A stretch of 64,000 nt of DNA from Acidobacteriota bacterium (GCA_019244185.1 JAFATB010000023.1:288001-352000); one strand, 5' to 3'. Positions 1-10,144 are shown, numbered from the stretch's first letter. Translations and numbers: made by a program. The notes: generated by a model not told the origin, from the letters alone.

Positions 1-1170
1 CCGCTGTCCTTCGAAGTAGCGGCGATAGCCGCCGAACACCTCGTCGCCGCCTTCGCCGGAGAGGCTGACGGTCACGTGGCGGCGCGCCATGACGGAGACG
101 AGATAGGTCGGGATCTGCGAGGAGTCGGCGAACGGCTCGTCGTAGAGCCGCGGCAGTTTCGGGATGACGTCGAGCGCGTCCTGCGGCGTGACGTACAGCT
201 CGGTGTGCGCGGTGCCGAGGTGCTTTGCAATCGCGGCGGCGTACTTCGCTTCGTCGTACGCGTCCTCGTGGAAGCCGATGGTAAACGTCTTGACCGGTTG
301 CGACGCCTGCACCTGCATCAGCGCGGTGACGAGCGAGGAGTCGATGCCGCCCGAGAGGAAGACGCCGAGCGGGACGTCCGCGACCATGCGCAGGGCGACG
401 GCGTCGCGGAGGAGCGTGTCGAGCGCCGCGCATGCGTCCTCCTCGGAGCCGAGGAACGGCCGCGCGACGCCGCGTTCGGCTGCTTCCTTCGCCGACCAGT
501 ACGTCGTCGTCTGCAGCGAGCGGCTGCCCGGCGTCACCGTCACGATCGTGCCGGGAAGCTGCTTGAAAATCCCGCGGTCGATGCTGAGCGGCGCGGGCAC
601 GTAGAGGTTGCGCAGGTACGCGGCGACGGCGTTGCGGTCGACGTCGGCGTCGAAGTCGGGATGGCGCCGCAGCGCCTTCAGCTCCGAGCCGAAGACGAAC
701 GTGTTTCGTACGAAACCGTAGTACATCGGCTTGACGCCCATGCGGTCGCGCACGAGGTGCAGCCGCCGCTCGCGGCGATCCCACAGCGCGAACGCGAACA
801 TGCCGATGAAGCGCTTCACCGCCGCCTCGACGCCCCACTCCTCGAACGCGGCGAGCATGACTTCCGTGTCCGAATGGCCGCGATACGCCTGCGGCGGCAG
901 CTCCGCGCGAATGGCCTCGTAGTTGTAGACCTCGCCGTTGAACGCCATGACGAAGCGATCGGACGCGGACGTCATCGGCTGATGGCCGGCGGCGGAGAGG
1001 TCGACGATGGCAAGCCGGCGGAAGCCGAGGGCGAGACCGTTGGCGGCATCGACGAAGTGGCCGTCGTCGTCGGGGCCGCGATGCACGATCGCGGAGGACA
1101 TCGCCCGCACCGCCGCCGTCAGTTCGTCGGCGGGCGCGGGCGTGGAGAGGAAGCCGGTGAGGCCGCACAT
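1..1170 (-). CDS. asnB: Asparagine synthase (glutamine-hydrolysing) family amidotransferase, EPS-associated; runs off the left edge
   Basis: Reverse strand from ATG at 1170 reads MCGLTGFL (N-terminal nucleophile Cys), with GFRRLAIVDLS, FNGEVYNY, RDRMGVKPMY, FLSGGIDSS and SLSGEGGDEVFGGY. Absent from the ORF track because it is truncated. Confidence 0.93.
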   Translation of the reverse strand, partial: MCGLTGFLSTPAPADELTAAVRAMSSAIVHRGPDDDGHFVDAANGLALGFRRLAIVDLSAAGHQPMTSASDRFVMAFNGEVYNYEAIRAELPPQAYRGHSDTEVMLAAFEEWGVEAAVKRFIGMFAFALWDRRERRLHLVRDRMGVKPMYYGFVRNTFVFGSELKALRRHPDFDADVDRNAVAAYLRNLYVPAPLSIDRGIFKQLPGTIVTVTPGSRSLQTTTYWSAKEAAERGVARPFLGSEEDACAALDTLLRDAVALRMVADVPLGVFLSGGIDSSLVTALMQVQASQPVKTFTIGFHEDAYDEAKYAAAIAKHLGTAHTELYVTPQDALDVIPKLPRLYDEPFADSSQIPTYLVSVMARRHVTVSLSGEGGDEVFGGYRRYFEGQR

Positions 1171-1186
1171 GGTCGCGGCTGCACGG

Positions 1187-1202
1187 AGCAACCCTCACGC
1201 CA
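1187..1202 (-). promoter_or_regulatory. sigma-54 (-24/-12) promoter candidate for asnB
   Basis: TGGCGT-GAGGG-TTGCT on the minus strand, 16 nt before the ATG. Confidence 0.65.
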
Positions 1203-1213
1203 CGCGCGAGAGA

Positions 1214-1229
1214 TGGCATGCGGCGCGCA
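1214..1229 (+). promoter_or_regulatory. sigma-54-like motif upstream of DMFase-like paralog 1
   Basis: TGGCAT-GCGGC-GCGCA (GG-N10-GC); nearly the same motif lies upstream of paralog 2. Confidence 0.45.
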
Positions 1230-1301
1230 ACGCGCCGAGCTTGTCAGTTTCTACGCAGTGGCTTTACCCCAACGACCTCAAATGCGAAAGGCACTGCAGC
1301 C

Positions 1302-3353
1302 GTGGCACTCACACGTAACAACCGCATTGCTACTCTCCTGATTGCCAGCTTGTTCGTTTGCGGCTCCGCGCTAGCGCGGCATCGCGCCGTGCGCGTGCCG
1401 TCGCCGCCGTTCGACGTCCGCTGGACCGAGGGAGGGTACGCGGACCGGATGAGCGTCGCGCAGGGATCGACGATCACGTTTCACATCGCGTCGAGCGTCA
1501 ATCCATTTCACGTCCAGGTCGTCAACCTCGCGGACATGAGCGTCGTGCTCTCCGACCTCGGCCCGTTCAACTCGACGCCGCAGAACTGCTCGGGCGCGTA
1601 TCGCACCGGTTGCGGCTGGCTGCCGACGACGACGTTCGCGATTCCGCGCAACTGGCCGAGCGGCTACTACGCGGCGCAGTTCCCGACGGCGTTCGGACTG
1701 CGGCGCATCATCTTCGTCGTGCGTCAGGCGCTACCGGGCACTACGGCATCGACGCTCATCGTGGCTGCCACGAACACGTGGCAGGCCTACAACGACTTCG
1801 CCGGCAACAGTCTCTTTCCGTCGAATGACGACGACCGCGCCACGCACCTCTCGTTCGACCGCCCGTTCTCGACGGGCGCGGGCATGGGACGCTTCGACGG
1901 CTGGGAGCGGCTCTTCCTCAACTGGATGACGAGCGAGCACCGGCTCTACGAAGTCGTCGCTGACAGCGATCTCGACGACCCGACGCTGCTCTCGCACTAC
2001 AACGTGGTGGTCTTCGTTGGCAGCTCCGTCTACTGGACGAGCGAGGCGCGCGCGAATCTCGAAACGTACAGCACCAACGGCGGGCACATCGCGATCTTCG
2101 GCGGCACGACGATGTGGTGGCACGTGCGCTACGAGGACAACGGCCGCCTGCTCGTCGGCTACGAGGACGCGCTGCGCGATCCGCTGTACACGACGCAGAG
2201 CGCGCTCGTGACGACGAACTGGTTCGACGATCCGCTGTACCGCCCCGAGAACGGCATCACCGGCGTCTCGTTCCGCTACGGCGGCTACGCGAATCGCGTC
2301 CCCGACCCGAACGTCTATCAGCTGATTCCGCTCGAACAGCGCACCGGCTTCACGGTCACCGACGCGTCCACGTGGGTGACCTCCGGCACCGGTCTCACGA
2401 AAGGGCAGGCATTCGGCCAGGAGATCAGCGGCCTCGAAGTCGACGGCACGCTCTTCAACTGCAGCACGAACGGCGACCTCCTCGGACCCGACGGCTCCGA
2501 CGGCACGCCGCTCAACTTCCACATCGTCGCGATCACGCCGGCGTCGGACGGACACGGCGTCATCGGCTACTACACGAATGCTTCCGGTGGAATGGTCTTC
2601 AACGCCGCGACGCAGGAGTGGGCGACGGGACTCGTCAACGATCCGATCGTCCAGCGCATCACGCGCAACGTGCTCGACCGCCTCGGCACAGGCCAGCCGC
2701 AGCTCTACGATCCGGTCTCGACGCCGGTGCTCACGCAGGAGCTCTTCAACTGCCCGCAGGACACGCCCACATTCCTTCCCGGATGGCACGGCACGCGCGC
2801 GGGCGCGCAGGTGACGCAGTCGTGCGCGTATGAAGGCCCCGCGGGCATCGAGCTCGCGGGCGCGGACGCGATCTCGCTGCGCCGCGACTTCACGCTGCCG
2901 AACGCGCCGCGCAAAGATGCGAACGTGCGCTTCTACCTCAACGCCGATGCGTTCGAGAACCGCGGCGCCGTGCCGACGCCGATCGTCACGCTCGACAGCT
3001 ACATCCGCGATCAGTTCACGCAATCCGCGCTCGTCGAGCTGTGGAAGGAAGGCTCGACGCCGCAGATCCGGCTCTCGCGCCGCGGCAACGACGAGTCGTT
3101 CACCGGCGGCACGTTCGTTCCGCTCTCGCCCGGCTGGCATCTCGTCGAGGTGGCGTGGTCGTCGCCAGGCACGATGTCGCTGCAGGTCGACGGCGGAACG
3201 CCGGTGACGATGGAGAATCCGTTCGGCGATCAGATCGTGACGTCGGTCGTACTCGAGCTGTTGCATGACGACGCGGGGAAGAACGGACGCGTCTGCATTG
3301 ACGCGCTCGCGGTCGGCACGACGGAGCTCGGCGGCGTTCCCGCATTGCATTAG
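1302..3353 (+). CDS. Secreted N,N-dimethylformamidase beta-subunit-family protein, paralog 1 (degenerate active site)
   Basis: Signal peptide, then WPSGYY, TNTWQAYN, LSFDRP and FNAATQEW motifs and a C-terminal beta-sandwich. The start at GTG 1302 is inferred. Confidence 0.8.
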   Translation: MALTRNNRIATLLIASLFVCGSALARHRAVRVPSPPFDVRWTEGGYADRMSVAQGSTITFHIASSVNPFHVQVVNLADMSVVLSDLGPFNSTPQNCSGAYRTGCGWLPTTTFAIPRNWPSGYYAAQFPTAFGLRRIIFVVRQALPGTTASTLIVAATNTWQAYNDFAGNSLFPSNDDDRATHLSFDRPFSTGAGMGRFDGWERLFLNWMTSEHRLYEVVADSDLDDPTLLSHYNVVVFVGSSVYWTSEARANLETYSTNGGHIAIFGGTTMWWHVRYEDNGRLLVGYEDALRDPLYTTQSALVTTNWFDDPLYRPENGITGVSFRYGGYANRVPDPNVYQLIPLEQRTGFTVTDASTWVTSGTGLTKGQAFGQEISGLEVDGTLFNCSTNGDLLGPDGSDGTPLNFHIVAITPASDGHGVIGYYTNASGGMVFNAATQEWATGLVNDPIVQRITRNVLDRLGTGQPQLYDPVSTPVLTQELFNCPQDTPTFLPGWHGTRAGAQVTQSCAYEGPAGIELAGADAISLRRDFTLPNAPRKDANVRFYLNADAFENRGAVPTPIVTLDSYIRDQFTQSALVELWKEGSTPQIRLSRRGNDESFTGGTFVPLSPGWHLVEVAWSSPGTMSLQVDGGTPVTMENPFGDQIVTSVVLELLHDDAGKNGRVCIDALAVGTTELGGVPALH

Positions 3354-3385
3354 CGAGCGAGCTCGACGCAACCTCATCGTGGCTG

Positions 3386-3401
3386 TGGCATGCCACGCGC
3401 A
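3386..3401 (+). promoter_or_regulatory. sigma-54-like motif upstream of DMFase-like paralog 2
   Basis: TGGCAT-GCCAC-GCGCA. Confidence 0.45.
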
Positions 3402-3477
3402 GGGCACGCTTCACGTCGTCTGCAGTCGCTTCAGTCACTTCAATCCACCAGGAAAGGTCCCCGCAGCCGTGACTCGT

Positions 3478-5535
3478 ATGAAACGAATCGCTCGCGTTCA
3501 TTTGCGTCAGCTGTCAGTTTTCATTTTTCTTCTCGCGTTGTGCGCGCCCGCGTTCGCCGCGCGGCGCCATTCCGTGCGCATCCCCGGCGCACCGTTCGAT
3601 GTGCAGTGGACGGAAGGCGGATACGCGGACAAGACCAGCGTCGAGCAGGGTGGAACGATCACGTTCCGCATCGCGACGAGCGTGAATCCGTTCACGGTCA
3701 CGATCGCGAACCTCGCCGACCTCAACACCACGCTCACGCAGATCGGCCCGTTCACGTCGCGTCCGCAGAACTGCTCGGGCGCGTATCGCACCGGCTGCGG
3801 CTGGGACGCGACGACGACATTTGCCGTGCCTGCGAACTGGCCGAGCGGCTACTACGCCGCGTCGTTCCAGACCGCGTTCGGCGTGCGGCGCATCATCTTC
3901 ATCGTGCGCTCGGCGACGCCGGGCGCGCTGTCGAAGACGGTCATCGTCGCCGCGACGAACACGTATCAGGCGTACAACTCGTTCGGCGGCGAGAGCCTCT
4001 ATCCCTCCGACGATCCCGATCGCGCGACGCATCTCTCGTTCGATCGTCCGTTCGCCGCCAGCGCGGGGCTGGGACGCTTCGACGGCTGGGAGAGCCTCTT
4101 CCTCCACTGGATGACGTCCGAGCATCGCGCGTACGAGGTCATCTCCGACAACGATCTCGAGGATCCGACGATCCTCGCGCACTACAACCTGGTCGTCTTC
4201 GTCGGCCATAGCGAGTACTGGACGAGCACCGCGCGGCAGAACCTCGAGACGTACAGCCACAACGGCGGCCACATCGCCATCTTCAGCGGCACGACGATGT
4301 GGTGGCGCGTGCGCTACGAGAACAACGGCCGGCTGATGGTCGGCTACAAGGACGCGCTGCGCGATCCGCTGTACGACACGAACCCGTCGCTCGTCACGAC
4401 GAACTGGTGGGCCGATCCGCTGTACAACCCCGAGAACCGCATCGTCGGCACGTCGTTCCGCTTCGGCGGTTACGCGAACCGCGATCCGGAGGTCCTCTAC
4501 GATTTGCTGCCGCTCGAACAGCGCACCGGCTTCTTCGTCGCCGATCCCACCAGCTGGGCGTTCAGCGGCACAGGGCTGACCAAAGGCCAGGAGTTCGGCA
4601 AGGAAGTGGCCGGACTCGAAGTCGACGGCGCGCTCTACAACTGCAACACGAACGGCGACATCCTCGGTCCCGACGGCTCCGACGGCACGCCGCTCAACCT
4701 GCACATCATCGCCGAGACGCCGGCCACCGAAGGCCACGGCATCATCGGCTACTACACGAACTCCGCGGGCGGCATGGTCTTCAACGCCGGCTCGCAGGAA
4801 TGGGCGACCGGCCTCGCCACCGATCCGGTCGTGCAGCAGATCACGCGCAACGTGCTCAATCGCCTCGGCACGGGGCAACCCGAGGTTTACGATCCCGTGT
4901 CGTCGCCGATCCTCACGCAGGAGCTCTTCAACTGCCCGCAGGATTCGGGTCCGTTCCTGCCGGGATGGACGGGCACGCGCGGCGGCGCGGAGCTCACGAA
5001 CGCGTGCGGGTACGAAGGACCGCACGGCGTGAGCCTCGCCGGCGCGGACGGCATCGCCATGCGCCGCGACTTCGCGCTCGGCAACGCGCCGCGCAGGGAC
5101 GCGAACCTGCGCTTCTACGTGAATGCGGATGCATTCGAGAACCGCGGTCCTTTCCCGACGCCGGTCGTCACGCTGGTGAGCTTCATCCGCCAGCAGTTCA
5201 AGGAATTCGCGATCGTCGAAATGTTCAAGGAAGACGGCCAGCCGGAGATCCGCCTCGCGCTACGCGGCAGCGACGGCTCGTTCCACCCCGGCACGTTCGT
5301 GAAGCTCACGGCGGGCTGGCACCTCGTCGAGGTGTCGTGGATCTCGCCCGGCACGTGCTCGCTGCAGGTCGACAGCGGAACGCCGGTGACCATCGACAAC
5401 ACGTATCTCGATCAGGGGGTGACGTCGGTGGTGCTCGAGTTCGCACCGGATGAAGCGGCGCAGAACGGCCGCGTGTGCGTCGACGCGCTCGCCATCGGCA
5501 CCACGAAGCTCGGCGGAGTGCCGGGGATTCGGTAA
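3478..5535 (+). CDS. Secreted N,N-dimethylformamidase beta-subunit-family protein, paralog 2
   Basis: MKRIARV...APAFA signal peptide; TNTYQAYN, ESLY and VGHSEYW motifs; colinear with and highly similar to paralog 1. Confidence 0.82.
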   Translation: MKRIARVHLRQLSVFIFLLALCAPAFAARRHSVRIPGAPFDVQWTEGGYADKTSVEQGGTITFRIATSVNPFTVTIANLADLNTTLTQIGPFTSRPQNCSGAYRTGCGWDATTTFAVPANWPSGYYAASFQTAFGVRRIIFIVRSATPGALSKTVIVAATNTYQAYNSFGGESLYPSDDPDRATHLSFDRPFAASAGLGRFDGWESLFLHWMTSEHRAYEVISDNDLEDPTILAHYNLVVFVGHSEYWTSTARQNLETYSHNGGHIAIFSGTTMWWRVRYENNGRLMVGYKDALRDPLYDTNPSLVTTNWWADPLYNPENRIVGTSFRFGGYANRDPEVLYDLLPLEQRTGFFVADPTSWAFSGTGLTKGQEFGKEVAGLEVDGALYNCNTNGDILGPDGSDGTPLNLHIIAETPATEGHGIIGYYTNSAGGMVFNAGSQEWATGLATDPVVQQITRNVLNRLGTGQPEVYDPVSSPILTQELFNCPQDSGPFLPGWTGTRGGAELTNACGYEGPHGVSLAGADGIAMRRDFALGNAPRRDANLRFYVNADAFENRGPFPTPVVTLVSFIRQQFKEFAIVEMFKEDGQPEIRLALRGSDGSFHPGTFVKLTAGWHLVEVSWISPGTCSLQVDSGTPVTIDNTYLDQGVTSVVLEFAPDEAAQNGRVCVDALAIGTTKLGGVPGIR

Positions 5536-5543
5536 GTCCGTCG

Positions 5544-6758
5544 TCAAGCGAGACGCGCGGTGATGATCCGCGCGATCGCGTCCCACCCGAAGTCGGTGCG
5601 CGCGTCCTCGGCGGCGCGCGCGCCGAGGCGGGCGGCGAGTTGCGGATCGTCGAGCAGACGTTCCAGTGCGCGCGCGAGCGCATCCGCATCGCCGGTGGGC
5701 ACGAGCAGTCCCGACACGTCGTTCTCGACGACGTCCTGCATCGCGCCGACGGCACTGGCGACGATCGGCACGCCGAACGTCTGCGCGACGTGAATGGCGC
5801 CGCTCTGGTAGATGTCGCGATAGGGAAAGACGATCGCCGACGCGAGCTCCATCCACGCGGCCACTTCGGCGGAGTCGATGTACTCGGGGACCCACGTCAC
5901 GCGATCGGAGATGCCGAGGCGCTCGGTGAGCTCCTGGTGTTTGCGGACGTCGAAGTCGTGGAACGGGAAGCCGGCGAGCACGAGGCGCGCGCGGTCTTTC
6001 TGCCGCATGCGCGCGAACGCTTCGATGAGCACGTCCGTGCCTTTGTAGCGCGAGAGCGTGCCGAAGAAGAGAATGACCGGCTCGTTCGCGGGGAGGTTGA
6101 GGCGCCGGCGCAGCGTGTTCGCGTCGACGCCGGGCGCGCGCAGCTCGCGGAAGATCTCCTCGTTGCCGTGGTAGATCACGTCGACGCGGCTCGCGGGGAC
6201 GGGGAACGAGCGCACGAACTCGTCGCGATTGCGCGCGAAGTGCACGAACACGAAGTCGAACAGGCGATAGATGCGCCGGTAGAAAAACGCGCGCCGCGCG
6301 GAGCGGTCGAAGAGCCCCGCGGACTTGCCGCCGGCGGAGAACGGGTGGACGTTGTGGCAGATGTCCGCCAGCACGCGCGCGTTGCGGCGCAGCAGCATCA
6401 GCGGGAAGAGATCGAAGGGAAAGCGGATGTCGCCGAGAAGCACGAGATCGGGCGCGAGCTTGCGCACGCGGCGAGTCATGCGCAGCCATTCGCGGTAGTA
6501 GCGGACCGCGCGCGTCACGCGGCGCGTCTTGCGCCACGCCACCGCCCACCACGCCGTCGACACGCGACCGCTCGGCTTCGGATCCCACAGCTCGATGGTC
6601 GGCTCGACGCGGAAGTTGTGCGGCAGCGAGGCGAGCTCGTAGCTCTTCTCGGTGATCAGCGTGACGTCCGCGCCGGCGTTGGCCATGGCGCGGCAGAGCT
6701 GAAAGGCGTAGTGGATCATCCCGCCTTTGCCGGACGGCTCGATGAACGCGATCTTCAA
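5544..6758 (-). CDS. Glycosyltransferase family 4
   Basis: FFGTLSRYKGTDVL and PYRDIYQSGA...A...GVPIVAS..G motifs; TTG start overlaps the upstream stop. Confidence 0.9.
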   Translation of the reverse strand: MKIAFIEPSGKGGMIHYAFQLCRAMANAGADVTLITEKSYELASLPHNFRVEPTIELWDPKPSGRVSTAWWAVAWRKTRRVTRAVRYYREWLRMTRRVRKLAPDLVLLGDIRFPFDLFPLMLLRRNARVLADICHNVHPFSAGGKSAGLFDRSARRAFFYRRIYRLFDFVFVHFARNRDEFVRSFPVPASRVDVIYHGNEEIFRELRAPGVDANTLRRRLNLPANEPVILFFGTLSRYKGTDVLIEAFARMRQKDRARLVLAGFPFHDFDVRKHQELTERLGISDRVTWVPEYIDSAEVAAWMELASAIVFPYRDIYQSGAIHVAQTFGVPIVASAVGAMQDVVENDVSGLLVPTGDADALARALERLLDDPQLAARLGARAAEDARTDFGWDAIARIITARLA

Positions 6759-7879
6759 CGCGCGGCCTCCTGATACACGGCATCGAGCCGGTCGATCCAG
6801 ACGCGCGTCGAGAAGCGTTGCCCGGCGGTGGGTCGTGTTGCGCCGCGCATCCGCGCGTGCGTCGCGCGATCGGCGAGCAGCGTCGCGATCGCGCGCGCGA
6901 GCGCGTCGGCATCGTTGGCGGGCACGAGACGGCCGACGTTCGCGTCGACGATCTCCGGAATGCCGCCGACGTTCGTGGCGACGATCGGTACGCCCGCCGC
7001 GAGCGCTTCCATCAGCACGGTCGGAAACGCGTCGTCGAGACTCGGCAGCACGAACAGCTCGCAGCCGGCGAGGAGCGCGGCGACGTCGTTGCGGTAACCG
7101 GCCCAGCGGATGTGGCGTTCGACGCCGAGCGCGTTTGCTTGCGCCGTCCACGCCGCGCGCATCGGACCGTCGCCGACGATCACGAAGCAGGCATCGGGCA
7201 CCTGCGCGACGACGTGCGGAATCGCGTCGAGCAGCACCTCGATGCCTTTGCCGGGACGCAGCACGGAGACCGTGGCGACGATGCGCGCGGAGTCGGGGAT
7301 GTCGAGATCGCGCGCGAGCAGCGCGCGGCTCTCGCGCGCGTCGCGCGCGAAGCGATCGACTTCGATGCCGTTGTGCACGGTGATGATCCGCGACGGCGCG
7401 AGACCGCCGCGCTCGAGGTAGCGGCGGCGCAGCGCGTCGGAGACGGCGATGACGCGCGACGACCAGCGGTTCGTGACGAAACGCATCAGGCGGTCGCGAA
7501 TGGCAAAACGACCATCGGCCGGCGGCGCCACGTGCAGCGTCGCCACCGACGGGATTTTCGTCAGCCGCGACGCGACCGCGGCCCAGATCGAGGCGTAGGT
7601 GAGGTGCGCGTGAATGAGATCGATGCGCTGCTCGCGGAGAAAGCGGAGCAGCTTGCGGAACGCGCGGAGGTCGCGGAGATTGCGCGCGCCGAGGTTGAGG
7701 ACCTCGATGTTCGCGGCGCGGAGCTCCTTCTCCAGCGCGTTGCCCTGGATCGTGGCGAGGCAGCAGAGAAAGAGCTCGTAGCGCGACGGATCGAGCTGCC
7801 GCGCGAACGGCACGATCAGCGACTCGGCGCCGCCGACGGTCAAGGAGTCGATGAGCCAGAGGAGGCGGATGCGCTTCAC
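6755..7879 (-). CDS. Glycosyltransferase family 4
   Basis: IDSLTVGGAE and LPSLDDAFPTVLMEALAAGVPIVATNVGGIPE; GTG start coupled to the upstream stop. Confidence 0.92.
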   Translation of the reverse strand: MKRIRLLWLIDSLTVGGAESLIVPFARQLDPSRYELFLCCLATIQGNALEKELRAANIEVLNLGARNLRDLRAFRKLLRFLREQRIDLIHAHLTYASIWAAVASRLTKIPSVATLHVAPPADGRFAIRDRLMRFVTNRWSSRVIAVSDALRRRYLERGGLAPSRIITVHNGIEVDRFARDARESRALLARDLDIPDSARIVATVSVLRPGKGIEVLLDAIPHVVAQVPDACFVIVGDGPMRAAWTAQANALGVERHIRWAGYRNDVAALLAGCELFVLPSLDDAFPTVLMEALAAGVPIVATNVGGIPEIVDANVGRLVPANDADALARAIATLLADRATHARMRGATRPTAGQRFSTRVWIDRLDAVYQEAAR

Positions 7880-10119
7880 TGCGAGTCGATGACGAGCTTG
7901 CGAAGCGCGCGCCGATGTGCCCCGCCGCCGTGCGCGAGCAACTGCAGCGCCTTCGTGAGCGTGAAGAGCTGCAGCGCCGCGTCGTCGACCGGACTCGCGT
8001 AGCCCTCGAGGAACACGGCGCGGAGGCGTGCGCGCTGGCGGCGCAGGAGCGAGACGTCGGTCTCCAGCTGGAGATGCAGCAGCAGCTGCGCGACGTCTTC
8101 CATGGCCAACCCTTCGCGGAAGCCGCCGAGGTCGACGACTTCGACGCGGCGGTCGCCGATGAAGATGTTGGCGGGGATGTAGGAGCCGTGCTGCCCGACG
8201 ATCGGCAGCGGACGCTCGGCGACGGCCGCCTCGAGTCGCTGCAGGCGCTCGACGATCGACGCGTGGTGACGGCGCAGCGTCGCGTCGCCGGCCGCGGCGA
8301 GATCGAGATCGCGCAGCGCGAGCAGTACGAGAGCGGTGAGCACGTGCCGGCCGTCGTCGGCGCCGCGCGTGCCGTCCTGCATCATGCGCAGCCATGTGCC
8401 GGCCTTGTGCAGCGCCGCGGCGAGCCGCGTCACGCGTCCGCGTCGCGCGCCCTGCAGGTAGCCGGCGAGCGACTGCCCGTCCGCGCGCGCGAGCACGATC
8501 GCGGCGTGCGGCTCGTCGAACATCAACACGCGCGGCACCGTGTAGATCGTGCCGCCCATGCTCATGTCCTCGGGCTGCAGCGTCTGGCGCAGCAGCGAGA
8601 AGTTCTCGAACTCGTGACGCGCGCGGGCGAGCGGCGTGCGCTCGTCGTCGCCGTCGCGGTGCTGCCGCACGATGACGTCCCTGCGCGTGATGCCGTCCGT
8701 GATCGCGACTTCCGCGACGAATGACTCCTGCGCCTCGTAAATGCGCCGCACGCCGATCGCGCACGCGTCGAGACGCGACCAGTTGAGGCGCGCGATGCGT
8801 TCCGCCGCGCGCCGCGGCGTGTTGACCTCACCGTGGCTGTCGAGCAGCGCGATCAGCTTCGCCGCGTTCTTCCGCACGTCGAACTCGCGGCGCACCTTGT
8901 CCTGTCCCGCGCGGCCCATGCGCGCGCGGAGGTTCGGATCGGAGATCAGCCGCTGCATCGCCGCGGCGAGACGCGACGGATGCGCGGAGTCGACGAGGAT
9001 GCCGCTCGCCTCGTGCCGTACGAGCTCGGGGATGCCGGAGATCGCGGACGCGACGACCGGCTTCCCCGCCGCCATCGCCTCCATCAGCGAGACCGGAATG
9101 CCGTCCATCTGACCGTCGACCGCGATGATGTTCGGGAAGACGAAGAGGTCCGACTCCGCCATGAGCTTCGCGACTTCGTGTTGCGGCAAGAGTCCGGTGA
9201 GCTTCACGTTGTCGGCGAGCTGGTGATCGGCGATCCACGCTTCGGTCGAACGGCGCAGCGGTCCTTCGCCGACGATCGTGCATTCGAGGTCGGTCCCGCC
9301 GCGCACGAGCCGCGCGCAGGCGTCGACGAGAAACTCGAAGCCGCGGCTCGGCAGCAGCGCGGCGACCGAGAGAATGCGCGGCCGCGTCTTGGGCGGACGC
9401 TCGACCTCTTCCGCCGCGCGCGCGTACACGTCTGGATTCACGCCCGTGTGCACGACCTCGAGCTTTCCCTCGGTCAGCGCGGGATAGAGGCCGCAGAGAA
9501 ATGCCTTGTTGAACGTCGAGATGCAGCGCACGAACGTCGCCTTCTCGATCTTCTCCGGCAGCAGCAGCCGGTGCACGAAGACGTCCGGACCGTGCACGGT
9601 GAAGCTGTACGTGATCTCGCTGAGCGAGGCGATGATGTACGCCATGGTCGTCGCGTGCGAGGCAAAGTGCGAGTGCAGGTGGCGGATGCCGCGTTTCGGC
9701 AGCACGAGCGACAGATGCACGGCCTTCGGGAAGAGCGCGAGCGTGCGGACGAGCGTCGACGGACGCAGCATCGTCGCGGCCATCAGATGCAGCAGCAGGT
9801 GCACGTAGCGGCGCGGGTCTTTGAAGAACGACCGGACGTTCGAGAGCAGGATCTCCGGCGAGAGGAGCGGCAGGTAGAGAGCGCGGCGCACCCACGGCTT
9901 CGCCTCCTCGTGCACGACGCGGCCGCGATCGCGGAGCAGCGGCACGACCAGCACCGGCTGCCCGTGGCGCTCGAGCTCGTCGATCTCGCGGAGGATGAAG
10001 GTCTCGTCGATGCGCGGGAAGCGCGTCATCAGGACGGCGATGGTGGTGCGGACGCGAGGATCCGCCGCCGGCGTTTGCGTGGCGTCCGCCGCCGCGGAAA
10101 CGTCCAGCGCGGCGGTCAT
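7876..10119 (-). CDS. WcaL-like GT4 fused to a C-terminal APH/kinase-like domain
   Basis: FPRIDETFILREI, HLHSHFA and DGIPVSLMEAMAAGKPVV; C-terminal HGSYIPANIF...VVDLG. Confidence 0.85.
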   Translation of the reverse strand: MTAALDVSAAADATQTPAADPRVRTTIAVLMTRFPRIDETFILREIDELERHGQPVLVVPLLRDRGRVVHEEAKPWVRRALYLPLLSPEILLSNVRSFFKDPRRYVHLLLHLMAATMLRPSTLVRTLALFPKAVHLSLVLPKRGIRHLHSHFASHATTMAYIIASLSEITYSFTVHGPDVFVHRLLLPEKIEKATFVRCISTFNKAFLCGLYPALTEGKLEVVHTGVNPDVYARAAEEVERPPKTRPRILSVAALLPSRGFEFLVDACARLVRGGTDLECTIVGEGPLRRSTEAWIADHQLADNVKLTGLLPQHEVAKLMAESDLFVFPNIIAVDGQMDGIPVSLMEAMAAGKPVVASAISGIPELVRHEASGILVDSAHPSRLAAAMQRLISDPNLRARMGRAGQDKVRREFDVRKNAAKLIALLDSHGEVNTPRRAAERIARLNWSRLDACAIGVRRIYEAQESFVAEVAITDGITRRDVIVRQHRDGDDERTPLARARHEFENFSLLRQTLQPEDMSMGGTIYTVPRVLMFDEPHAAIVLARADGQSLAGYLQGARRGRVTRLAAALHKAGTWLRMMQDGTRGADDGRHVLTALVLLALRDLDLAAAGDATLRRHHASIVERLQRLEAAVAERPLPIVGQHGSYIPANIFIGDRRVEVVDLGGFREGLAMEDVAQLLLHLQLETDVSLLRRQRARLRAVFLEGYASPVDDAALQLFTLTKALQLLAHGGGAHRRALRKLVIDSQ

Positions 10120-10144
10120 GACCGTCGCGGCGCGGGCGTCTCCG

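Noticed and set aside
76-1341. 421-aa plus-strand ORF, and the many other long Arg/Ala-rich overlapping ORFs in the track
   Set aside because: Antisense or off-frame shadows of real genes (here asnB), expected in high-GC DNA, with no recognisable motifs.
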